DNA of 64,000 nucleotides. Origin: Gnetum montanum (Eukaryota > Plantae > Gnetophyta). This document shows positions 27,501-39,495 of the stretch, one piece after another (position 1 is the first letter of the stretch; each line of letters begins with the position of its first letter). The DNA lies in contig MNCI01001065.1 in the NCBI GenBank assembly GCA_015680685.1, positions 1,574,178 through 1,638,177 of the forward strand, read 5' to 3'. Under the pieces are notes generated by a model. The model worked only from the letters and a program-made list of their open reading frames with translations, was not told where the DNA came from and made no database searches. The translations under genes and the position numbers were made by a program.

Positions 27501-28077
27501 ATGTTGCTTGATTAATAGGCACATATGCATTTCCATTGTCTTGCAAAAAATGTTTGGAAATTTAAACTAAAAATTGAATTAAAATATGTACCAACTTGAG
27601 TATGGGCAGACACCAACCTACATTTCTTCTTGATTATTTACATTATTAGTATCAATAATGCAGATCATTGCATTGGATAAATTTCGAAGTGATAAGAGGG
27701 GATTTGAAGTTGATGCAGCCTAAAAATATATATAAAATGTAAGTATGCAAATAAAATGAGAAGATTTTCCTATGATAAATATTTGTTTTGAAATATTAAA
27801 AAATGCATAAATTAGATACTCTTGAATTTTGTAGAATTATTTGTCATTCTCCTTCACATCGTTTTGCTTCTCATTTTAGAAATCATCTTCTCTCCTCTAT
27901 AGTCATTAATTTTGAATTTTTAGTTTTTATGATTCATGGCTATCCTCTACCTTGGCCATGCCCATTGCCACGACCTACATGAATCATATTACTCGTTGCA
28001 ACAAATGGTTGTTGTTGCTAATCTTGAAGAGAGTATTCTTCGCCTTCTCTATTAGGACTAATAGCAGTAGGATCCAT
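24509..28077 (-). pseudogene. Helitron2/Helentron-type Rep (DUF6570 + Helitron_like_N, HUH-Y2), spliced, helicase missing
   Basis: CxxC...CxxC, FSIENDMD..VEEMLIAKI..GGQFKYKGHTISF (DUF6570-like); AFPSLFPEG.CD; YAKHLIRY..F..H.RFR; IRGTSSYW; PTIFFTLS; YEWKHCESPHVHGFLW (HUH); VQRH..C...CLR; YIIKYATK (Y2); GT-AG introns near 26294, 25561 and 25276. Confidence 0.88.
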
Positions 28078-28096
28078 GTTTTTTGAAAATGTACAT

Positions 28097-28437
28097 GAGG
28101 AAATATGAAGAGATGAATGGGGGGCCTAGGGATCAAGGATGTTAATCAAATAGAGATTCAACTTCCTACAATGACTCTTTAGCTCACCTGCATGTGGCAC
28201 GTGTGTGTGAGGGAATATGAAGAGATGAATGGGAAGCCCAGGGGTCTAGGGATGTCAATTGCATAGAGATTCAACTCCCCTGCAATGACTCTTTAGCTCC
28301 CTTTCAAGTGGTGTGTGAATGTGAGGGAATACGAAGAGATAAATGGGGAGCCCTAAGATCAGGGGACATCAATCAAATAGAGATTTGGCTCCCCTATAGT
28401 GACTCTTTGGCTCCCCTACACGTGGTGCATGATGTGG
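28097..28437. repeat. ~113-bp tandem repeat x3 immediately 5' of the Rep ATG
   Basis: Units start GAGG(A/G)AATA(T/C)GAAGAGAT at 28097, 28209 and 28323; each contains TAGAGATT...TGACTCTTT.GCTC. Confidence 0.85.
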
Positions 28438-29749
28438 AGAGTGACAAAATACACTCCCCCCTTCCCCACTCCCCCCCCTCCCCCACCTTGATCATGCAAT
28501 ATGTGTTAGCCTCTTAGCCAAAATTAAGTTTTCTGTGAAAATATCATTTTCCTTATCATAAAGAGTTTTTGACACATGTATCTCTGTAATGTATGGATTA
28601 ACATCAATTTTTGAAAACCTTTTTCTTCACATGTACCATCCACACTTGAGAATCTTCACAATGCACATTTACTAGAGGTATAAGATGCTAAAACATACCA
28701 TCACAATGTTAATAGTTATGTCCTGGCTATGGTAAGCAACTGAACATGATGTTTTACTTTGGTTTTCCACCACACTAGCATTTGGTGTAAGTGACATTCA
28801 ATTATACAATGTGATGTTTTCAGAAGTAAAAGCTACATGGTATATGCTCTACCTAATACATTCTAGTGCATCAGATTCGATTCAAATTTTTCTTACACTA
28901 TGCTAGTAGGAGTACCTTTTCCTCATGGGAGGATACTCTAGTACTATATAACACAACTCATGTTTACACGTTCTATTAAATCCTCAACTATTAGATCATT
29001 ATACACAAGTAATTCTTCAAAAGGTAACAAGATAATTTGTCAATGTGGTTGATAATTTATATAGGGTAACAATATGAACAAATGTTTAGAGTTTAACTTT
29101 GAAGAACTTCAAGGTGAAAGTAGTCTCACACTTTTAATGTCAAATATTTAGCTTATCATAGTGTAACACATGTAGGAGTACTTTAATTCAAAGGATTATT
29201 CTATAACAAAATAGTAATATTTCAAACCAAACAATATGTAAGAAGGTAAATAAGTAGGTAGTATAGTATTTTTCTACTTTTTTTAAAGTAACATATTTAA
29301 GGGGTTATTCATTAATGAAGTAGTAATAGTTCAAACCTAACAACATGTAAGGAAAATAAGTAGGTAGCATAGTATTTTTACTTGTTTAAAAGTAAAAAGG
29401 TAGCATAATGATTTCCTACTTTCTTGAAAGAAGTTGTAGATCTTCCTTAATATTTTAAACTATTGTTTTGTAACTAAAAACATTTTTTTAATAATATATA
29501 CCCCCAGGACATAATCAAATTATAACTTTATAAGTTAGCATTGTTCAAAAAAATAAAACGTATAACTTGGAGCTTTCAAATCAATAGTTTTACAGAAAAA
29601 TTATATATATATGAAATAGACATGGGACTGGTACTATAATAAAGCAAATCTGGGAAATACATCAGCCTAGGCAAGACCTAGGTAGGGTAGTTGTTACTGC
29701 TACCATTACCTTCCTTGATGAAGATGTTAACCTTCATGTCATGCTTGTA

Positions 29750-30660
29750 AGAGGTAGTTGTTCTTGTCGACAACAATTCTAGGATCCATGATTAGCACCC
29801 ATCGACAATTGCTGACATGTAGCTATAATAGAAAAATGTTGAAGGTGGTCTATGTGAAGTTCTGTAGATCCAGCATGACATCATGGTAGTTGTTCATGTA
29901 GTCGAGATTGTTCCAGATGACGTTGAGCGGAATCATGTTCTGGATATAACAGCTTACTTCTATGGCCATGCCAAAGATGTTGGAGTACCCCCAGTAGCAT
30001 TGGTGGAAGCTAAATGCCCAGTGTGGTTGCACTACCAGGCATCTGATGATCTTCATGTACTACTACACCATCAATAACGTTGTTAGTCTAGCAAAGAAGT
30101 ATAGGTCTAGGATGCTTCCAAGCATGATGTATGTCAACAATGACACCTGGTACTTGATCTTCATGCCATTGCTATTGAGCAATAGCATGCTGTCACTATG
30201 CATGGATCCACTAGCTCAAATGTCAAGGTAGAAGGGATGTGAGTCATAGGTCTGCATGTTCATGAAAAACCTAGGGATGTCAGAGTTTCACATGACATGC
30301 TCTTCCTGCTTGTTGTCCCTACCAATGTGGAACATTTCATGAGTGCTCTCTACAAGACTCAATAATGTGAAGTTGCTTGGTATGGTTGTGCCAAGCTCTA
30401 GGTACTAGTCCTTGGACACCAAGTTGGAGGAGCATGTGTTGAAGTGCATTTCTCCAGTGGAGCACCATGTGAGCTAAAAGTCAAATAGCTGTTGTGCAAA
30501 TTTGAAGGCCAAGTTGGATACTGATGATGATGAGGGTGTAATTACTTGTCACTCATGGCACAATGCTTTGTAGCACCTTCCATCGTTGCCTCAAAATGTC
30601 ACAAATGATCACTTGCAGAATCATCAATAAGATGTATGTCACCTCCACCATCAATTCTTT
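29750..30660 (-). pseudogene. Highly decayed Ty1/copia integrase-region remnant
   Basis: NIFGMAIEVSCYIQNMIP resembles the copia integrase C-terminal FW..A...A.YI.N..P motif. Confidence 0.4.
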
Positions 30661-30665
30661 GATGT

Positions 30666-33423
30666 TGTTGTTGCCAACCTCGCCCATGCGATCACATGGG
30701 GTCATGATCAACAAAACTATCCTATAAAACTATATATCGTTTCGCCAAGGAATGTTGACATGCAAGAAGGTGAACCGATATGCGGGAAGGTGAACTGATA
30801 TGCGGGAAGGTGAACTAATATGCAAGAAGGTGGACCAATGTGTGAGAATGTGAACTAATGTGTAGGAAGGTGAATCGACATGCTAGAAAGTGAAACATCA
30901 CTACTAAGAAATTATAAAGTAGAGAACGAAGATGACGTTAGAGGGGGAGTGAGAGCCTCCTTAACAAATTGGGCTCTCTTCTTGAATAGTTGTGCCTCTC
31001 TCCATTGAGGTGCATGCAGATGGGAAGGGGGTCTTCAAGGGCTAAGAGACCAACAGACAACAATTTTTTTCTCTCTCTCTTCTCCTATTTTTCTTCGAGG
31101 AAATGGGGGCCACGTCCAACAGTGAGGTAGCTACAGTAGGCAACTCTCCCTCTATCCAGCAACATAGATGGAATAGAGACAAATTATCTAGTGCATGGTA
31201 ATAGGTAGCAGATTGTCCAATGTGTGGTAGTAGGTGGTAGGAGTGTTCCAAGTGAACGATAGATGGCAGGTAGTGGCTACGCATCGTTGTTTGTCAACAA
31301 CAGGCCAACACGTAAACTCAGACAGCATGATAGGTTAAAACCCATGGTAGTTGCTATCATGTGTCTACACCAACACCAAGAAAGAAAACTCGTGTTAGAA
31401 GATAATTGCATAGGGCACCTCTCGTATTCAAGATAATCATATAATTTTTAGCTAGCAATCATTTATTTCCTTTTTTAGTTTCCTATTTTCAAAAGGCCAC
31501 ATAGCCCTCTCTAGTTGAGACTATTCTTAGGTTTCCATATCCATATGGAAGGTGTCATAAGCAATTATCTCCTAAAATGAGTTTTCTTTCCTAGTGTTGG
31601 TGCATCCAAATTTTATGCATCAACACATTTTTGGTGCTAGAAGGAGGGCCATTTTACCCGTTTATCAGCTCTTCTTGCCATTTTCTTGTGGTTCTTTTAT
31701 TTTCTAATCCTATCTTGAAACCTATTGTTTTTTTTTAAATCTTTATCTTCAGCCCTTTATTTTCTACCTTTTTTTATGCTTTTCATTTTCTAAAAATTGT
31801 TGTTATCAAAACCTTTTTGTTATAACCCTTGTTTCCCAGTCTCATTTTTGAATTTCTGATTTTGGTGATCCTTACTTAAGTCCTAACTTGGGTGTGGTGG
31901 TTTTATTATTCAATTTTACATTTATTTTTCTAAAATTTTTCTTATTTTATTATTTTCCTTTTAATATTTCATAGTTTTTGTTACTCCTTGCGCTTGCATG
32001 CAATTTGTTGTTTTGGAACTAAGTGTTGTGGCCAACCTCATCCATGCTATTGCATGGGGCCATGATAAACAAAACTATCTTATAAAATCATATACCATTT
32101 TACCAAGCAATTTTGATGTGTAGGAAGGTGAATTGACATGCAAGGAGGTGGAACAATGTGCGGGAAGGTGAACAAACATGCAGGAAGGTGAAACATCGGT
32201 AATAGGTGACTATAAAGTAGAGAATGGAGATGACATTAGAGGGGGAGTGAGGACCTCCTTAACAAATTGAGCTCTCTTCCCAAACAACTATGCCTCTCTC
32301 CATTGAGGCACATGTAGATGGGTAAGGGGGTCTCTAGGGGCTAAGAAACCAATGGACAATAATTTTTTCTCTCTCTTTTCTTCTTTTTTTCTTAGGTCCA
32401 ACAGTGAGGCAACTATAGTGAGCAACTCTCCCTTTTTTCAATAGCATAGATGGAATAGTGGTAGATTATCTAGCACATGATAGCAAGCAACAGACTATCT
32501 ATCACATGGTAGCAGGTGTCAAGAGTGCCCCACATGAATGACGGGTAGTAGGTGGTGGCTATGCACTGTTGTTTGTCAACAATGTGCCAATGCGTAGACT
32601 CAGAAAATGCGATAGGCTAAAACCCATGGCAATTGCTACCATGCATTTGAAATAACATAGATAGTGCACACAACTATAGGCAGCCTCTAGCAAGCAATGA
32701 TAGGCATGGGATTTGCAAAGAGCATTGGCCTGATAGTTAGCACGTCAACACATCCACAGTGATAGTAGTCGTAGACCTATGGGGTGCATGTGATTCAGTT
32801 TTCTCTCTTCTTTCTACCTGTAGTAATGAACATAGAAGTTGTAGACAGAAATTGTAGTGATGTGCATGGCTAGTAAAACACTAGGTAGTCTCTCTCTCTC
32901 TCTTACTAGTGACAGTGGGCAACATGGTGCATTCTGTGTATGCATAAGAGATGCATTAGCAGGCACCATCAACGAGCTTCTCCTCTTTGGTGGGGCATGT
33001 GAGATTTTGCCTCCTCTTTTCTTTGGCATGTATGCCATCCTCTTCTCTCATGTTGTAGCAACTGTGGTAGTAGAGCTAGAGAGGCAGCACCTCCCCATGG
33101 TAGTCTCTCTTTCTTTCTTGCCCTCTTCAAGTGACGATTGCAATCTTCCTGCCTAGTAGTGGACACCATCAATAGTAATCGATCCACACCATAAACAAGA
33201 CTAGGAAAAATTTATTTATTTTACTTATTATATTTGAGGCAATCATTTAATTTAAATTCCAGATTTTCTTTTTTAGTTTACTATTTTCAAAAGGCCATGT
33301 AGCCCTCTCCAGCTGAGACTATTCTCAAGTTTCTCTATCCATACAGGAGGCACCTTAGGCAATAGTCTTCTAAATTGAGTTTTCTTTCTTGGTGTTGGTG
33401 CATCCAAATTTTATGCATTAATA
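30666..33423 (+). mobile_element. Non-autonomous two-LTR retroelement with ~400-bp non-coding interior
   Basis: LTR1 30666-31625 and LTR2 32024-33423 (TGTTG...TGCATCAACA); flanks GATGT/TATGT (4/5 TSD); PBS TGGTGCTAGAAGGAGGG at 31632-31648 complementary to plant tRNA-Asn; 20-bp TGCGGGAAGGTGAACTGATA arrays in the LTRs. Confidence 0.75.
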
Positions 33424-33990
33424 TATGTCTTCACCATACTATGTGTACTAGCTTGGATTTTTTTTATTGTTATTGTCACTACTGGAGTTGGTGTTGTTTT
33501 GCAATACTTACAGTTTGGTTGCAAAACTCAAGTACCTACCCCTAAACTGATTCATGGATGACACATTGTATCACAGCTTAGCCTCCGCTAGACTACTCAC
33601 AATCCATATCCCAAGTGCAAGCATGAACATAATTCTATGGTAGACTTCCATTGTCTTCATGTTGCATTTCTTGAATTCAAGTCATGAACTTGCATCTATG
33701 TCCTTGTGATTTCACCTACAGTGCCTCACTTTTTATATGGTAAAATCTAATTATCCCCAAGTCTTAACATTTTATACTTGATGTCAACTCATCCAAAATT
33801 GGGTTGGGATTGCTCTTTTGTGTGCTATTTTTGTTGTGGGTTCTGCTTGCAACCAAGATAAGATCCATCCTTTGGTGAATTCAAGAAATCACTTGTTGTG
33901 CTAGTAGGCTATCCATTTTTCATTTTTGTACCTTCCATTTTATCATGTCCTATTGTGCCTATTAAAATGATAGGATATTTGCTACCTCTT

Positions 33991-34500
33991 TGTTGATGCA
34001 TAAATTTTGGTTGCACCAACACCTAAGGAAGAAAAACTTGTTTTAGGAGATTATTGCTTAAGGTGCCTCTCGTATGGGTATGGAAACCCACGAATAGTCT
34101 TAGCTAGAGAGGGCTATGTGATCTTTTGAAAATAGTAAAAAAACATAAGAATTTTAATTGAAATGAGTGTTTCAAAATCAAAAATACAAAAGGTAACCAA
34201 AATAAATTTTCCCTACTTTCATACTATTGTCACCATTCATCACTAGTCCATTGTGAACCCTGCCATATCCAACACTACTTGTAGTCATACAAGGAGGTAG
34301 GGAGAGAGAAGAGGTTGGATGAAGAGGCCCACTCATGTGTCTCTGATGCATGGATAGAATGTGCCCCATTGCTAGTATGAGAGAGGAAAATTTTTCCCTA
34401 TTTGAAGCACCCTACCGTGAATGCACCATCCACCAATAATAGAATAGAATTGTAGAACCCATACTTGAAATTGCTACTATCAACTACCACAACACTGTAG

Positions 34501-34559
<59 letters not shown>

Positions 34560-35176
34560 AGTCACCAGATCCCATTGTCATGTGTTGATAGATGCATTGT
34601 TGTCTCCAGTCCTACATCTGCTACCTTCATGGATGTGCCAAAAAAAGGGAAAAGAAAAATCATCGCCTCTTGGTTTTTTACTGAGATTGTTGATCGTTGT
34701 CCACGTAGCTCTACTATTACTGACTGTTGCTGGTCCATTGCCAAGAATAAAGAAACAGGACTGTAGAACTTGCTTGTTGTGCCTGCTGTCCATGCATGTT
34801 AGCTACATGACTACCATCTTAAGAAAAAAAAGAGAAGAGAGAGAGAGAAAAAAACCATCGTCCACTAGTTTCTCAGCCCCTAGAGACCCCTTGCCCATCT
34901 ACATGCACCTTAATGGAGAGAGAAGCAACTGTTCAAGAAGAGAGCTCGATTTGTTAAGGAGGCCCTTGCTCCTCCCACCTTTGACATCATTTTCATTTTT
35001 TGCTTTTTTACCACCTATTAGTAACATTTCACCTCCCCACATGTTAGTCCACCTTCCCTCACATCGATCCACCTTCCCACATGTTAATATTGCTTGGTGA
35101 AATGGTATATGATTTTACAAGACATTTTTGTTGATCATGGCCCTATTCAATAGCATGGGTGAGATTGGCCACAAAA
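33991..35176 (-). mobile_element. Solo LTR of the same family, inverted
   Basis: Reverse-complement match to 30666-31625 and 32024-33423; flanks CTCTT/CTCTC; contains a (GA)n tract at about 34505-34556. Confidence 0.8.
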
Positions 35177-36113
35177 CTCTCTAACATAGAAAATTCCACC
35201 ATTTATTTCTAATTGCATATCAGTCTCTATCAAATTCTATCTATTCTTTCAAGGAATCATCATTGCTGTGAAGCTTTCCATTATCACATCCGTGCACAAT
35301 GTTTGATGGTTGTGTCCATAACTATATTAAGCTTGCCACTACTTTTACATAATCCACTTTCCAATCATGAATAAGATTTTTCAAAGTTCTAATTAATATG
35401 TATAGTTTGAGAATATGATAAAGTTATAATAAATATTTTTCAAAGGGTAATGCTTGCATGCTGGCCATGGCCACAATGCAGTTAGCAAACATAATAAAGC
35501 ACAACAAGTACTCAGATTACTACTTCAAGGTGACTAAGAGCACAGATGAATTAGAGGCATGTGCTATAGTGATTATGGAGGAGATGTTGAAGTAGCAGTA
35601 ATCCTAGCATTGCATTATATAATGAACCCTCCCATAATAATACTGAGGCAAAACATAATGTTGATTAAGATATTATGACATTGATGCACTTTTAGGTGAT
35701 TCTAAGTGTGTCCCTAGCCTCCACAAATGCATTGTCAAGTGAAGCTATGTGCATACCCATTTGGAGGCCTTGAACTATGTTGCATGAGAGTGTTCTCTTT
35801 AAAGGATTTTTGTGTTGCACACGAGAGTGTTTCCTAAATACGTTTTTCTTGGATGTGCATTACTTTTTAATTACTATCCTTAGGGATGCTTTGGTTTGTG
35901 TTTGTGAGATGTTTTCATGGATTTTCATTGCCTTGTGGTGACTCTCCTTGGAGGATCTTATCCTAACATAGTTAATTACCCCCTGTTGATTATGCATCGT
36001 TTTGTGGTACACTCCTCAAAAATGCTTTAGGTAGTATTGCCAATTTCTCTTTTTGGATGTGCATCATGTCACAATTGTACTACTTTAAGGATTTTGCGTT
36101 TCACAATCAGATG

Positions 36114-36982
36114 TTTATCATGTTATGTATCTTCCCCCATATCTTATGATTGGGATAGAATCAATCATATCATCCTGCAATCTTTTATAAATTTATTTTT
36201 AAGGGATCAGTGATGCATGCGTGGATTATTGTAGGATGGTATGTTTGGGTTTGGCTTGGTCATACTATGTGGAGGGAAGGTGAGAGGAGAGTAGTGACAA
36301 CTACTCATAGGAATAGAGAAATATATGGGTTATTGCCCAAGGGATGTCTCTCCTTGCACATAATATCATAGCCTCATTATTCACGTTTGTGACTCACAAG
36401 CCTTGTTGTGAGAAGGACACCCCTAAGGGATGAGGTGTCCACATTGTTTGATGTTTACAGTTGAGAGAAAAGGCTCGTAGAGTTGTAGACATGTTTAATG
36501 GGGTTGGTTGCACTACATGGATGGATTTCGTGTTTCATAGTTAAATATTTATCATGTTATGTACCTTCCCCCCATATCTTATGACTGGGGTAGACTCAAT
36601 CATATTTTCCTACAATCTTATATAAATTAGTTTTTGAGGGATCAGTGATGCATGCATGGATTATTATGGGATGGTATGTTTGGGTTTGGCCCAATCATAC
36701 TATATGGGGGGAAGTTGGGGGAAGAGAAGTGATGACTACTTGTAGGAATATAGCGATATGTGGGTTCCCCCTCCCCCTCCCCTCTGCACCCCCCCGCCCC
36801 GCCCTATCCCAAGGGATGTCTCTACTTTCCCATGATATCATAGCCTCATTATTCACATCTATGTCTCATGACCCTTGTTATGAGAAGGACATCTTAGGGG
36901 ATGGGGTGTTCATGTTGTTCGATGTTTACGGTTGAGAGAAAAGGCTTGTAGAGTTGTGGACATGTTTGATGGGGTTGGTTGC
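36114..36982. repeat. Tandem duplication, ~434-bp period x2
   Basis: TTTATCATGTTATGTA.CTTCCCCC...ATGGGGTTGGTTGC at 36114-36511 and 36548-36982. Confidence 0.85.
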
Positions 36983-36989
36983 TAGGAAG

Positions 36990-39495
36990 CCTAGTTCCTA
37001 GAAGGCATGTCTATTTAGCTTGTAGTCTGATTGTCCCAACTATTCTCGTTCATGTTTCAGGAGCTTGTTTGTGAGATGGATGCACCTAGTAGACGAGACA
37101 TCAATACTAATGGCTATAGTCCTAAAAAAGGCTTTTTGAAAGAAATAACTATTGAGCACGTGGAAACAATTGCATCAACTTGGTGTGGTTGAGGTGGTAG
37201 AGCATCTTGATGCTCCCATAGGGTAGCATCAGGTGCATGTTTTCGTTGCCTAATCACAAATTCGATCGCTCAGTAGCACAAGGGTGGTAGATGCAAGTTG
37301 ATGCGCACATGTCAAGGAATGAAGAGGATGCAAGTTCTCTTATGTTTCATGCATGTTCAAGTGCCTCATTCTTCAGTGGATGCTCTATGATGGCCTTGGA
37401 GTATCAAGAGAACTCATAGAGTATGTTAATCGAAAATGTGAGTGTCTCAATGCAAATGTTCATCTAGGATCCCCAAGTCATGGTCTAGTGCTAACCTTTG
37501 AGGCTGAAGCTTATAAGCCTAGTCACAGAGGATCATGATCTAGGTATTTAAGTTGCTATTTTGGGATCATCACCTTGAAAGTTACCTTTTGTGGATTCAA
37601 AGAAAAATATTGGCTATACTCTTGTAGTAACTTGTTGAGTTTGAACATCTACTCTTCCTTAGTAGTAAGTTTTCCAATAGTAGCATAGTTAGGTAGATGG
37701 TAGAGGCATTCAAATGGGTTAAATGTTGTATCTTTCAAGATGAGATTAAAATTGATTCTTTCACGATTGTCTTAGATTGGGAGGATGTTGGTGTCCCTAA
37801 CTCCTCAATGGAACAAAGATATCATAAGGTGGACAAGGATCTAAACCTCGATGGCCCCATGGATCAATGTGTGCACTATTAGACATAAATCTCTTCGAGT
37901 AAGAGCAAACTACAGCATCCAGATTTCAATGTGAAAGGGAGAGTGCTCATGCCTTGTAAATCCACTTTTGGCTCTACAACTTTATTTGTTTTTGGGATTC
38001 ATGAAGGACTTTTTCGATGTGTGATTTCTGAATGGTAAATGCAGGTATCTAGAAGTATAGATCCTAGGAGGTGTGTCTATTTAATTTGTGAACTAACTAT
38101 TCCCAATGTTCTTGTTCACATTTCAGGAGCCTATTTGGGAAAAGGGAGCACCTAGTGGGTGGGGTGCTAATACTGATGGCTATGATACTGAAAAAGGCTT
38201 TCTAAAAGTATGGACATGTACCTTGGAGATGGTCATTGTGCATGGTTATTAGTATAGTTTCTAGGTACATCTATTTTAGCCTAGGATACAATGGTTTTCA
38301 TGGTTCACATTCATGACTCTTGAGCTAATTCAAGAGAGAGATGCTCCCTGGTTGATAGATATGATTAATAGAGAAAGAATTGTGGAGGCATGGACATGTT
38401 CTATGGTGTCTGTTGTGAAAATGTTTAATGAGTGTGTTGTTCCTTAGGATGAGTCAACCAAGAAATTAGATGAATAGAATGTCAAGGGTACTTGTAGAGT
38501 ACGTTAATCATAAACATGAGTGCCTTAATGCAAATTTTCACCTAGAATCCTCAAGTCATGATCTAGTGATAACCCTCAAGGCTAGAGCTAATAAGCCTAG
38601 TCATCGAGGATCATGGTGAAGTTATTCAAGTTATCTTTTTGGGATTCAAAGACAAATATCGGCATTGCCCTTAGAGTAACTTATTGAGTTTGAATGTTTA
38701 CTCTCCCTTAGTAGTAAGTTTTCCAAGGGTAGTATAGTGAGATAGATGGTAGAGGCATTCACATGGGCCAAAAATTGTATCTCTTGGGATGAGATTAAAA
38801 CCAATGCTTTCACAGTTGTCTCAAATGATGGAGGGAATTGGTGTCCCTAACTCCTCAAGGGAACAAAGATATCATAGGGTGGCTGAGGATCTAAACCTCG
38901 ATGGACCTATGAACAAACATGTATGCTATTAGATATAAATATTTTCAGTTAAGACTAAATTGTAGCATCTAGATTTTGGTGTGAAAGGGAGAATGCTCAT
39001 GCCTTGTAAATCCACTATTTGGCTTTGTGACTTTATCTATTTTTGGGATTCATAGAGGACTTTACAAGTTTGTGGTTTCTATACAGTGAATGCAAGTCTC
39101 TAGATGCCTAGATTCTATGAGGCATGTCTATTTAGCTTGTGGTTTTACTGTCCCCAGTGTTTTCATTCACGGTTCAGGAGCTTGTTTGCATGATGAATGC
39201 ACCTAGTGAAGGAGGCATCAAAATTGATGGCTATGGTACTAAAAAATATTTTTTGAAAGTGTGGAAGTATTCCTTGGGATTTATCATTGTGTGTGGTTTT
39301 TGGTATAGTTTCTAAATATGTCTATTTTAGCCTATGGTGCGATGGTTCTCATGGTTCATGTTCATGACTCCTAAGCTAATTTGAGAGATTGATGCCTCCT
39401 GGTTGACAGATACGATTGATAGAAAAAGGCTCATGGAGGAATGGATGTGTTTCTATGATGTTCATCATGAAAATGTCTAGTAAGTGTGTTGTTCT
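36990..39495. repeat. Tandem repeat, ~1.06-kb period x~2.4
   Basis: GG..TGTCTATTTA..TTGT...TTCAGGAGC anchors at about 37005, 38070 and 39121; 37410-38050 matches 38495-39100. Confidence 0.85.

Noticed and set aside
30761-30900. Regularly spaced 20-bp repeats resembling a CRISPR array (also 25-146 and 61498-61601)
   Set aside because: Head-to-tail tandem units without unique spacers, inside eukaryotic LTR elements; no cas genes.
34582-35100. 172-aa ORF
   Set aside because: Lies inside a solo LTR, is low complexity, and has no equivalent ORF in the two sister LTRs.
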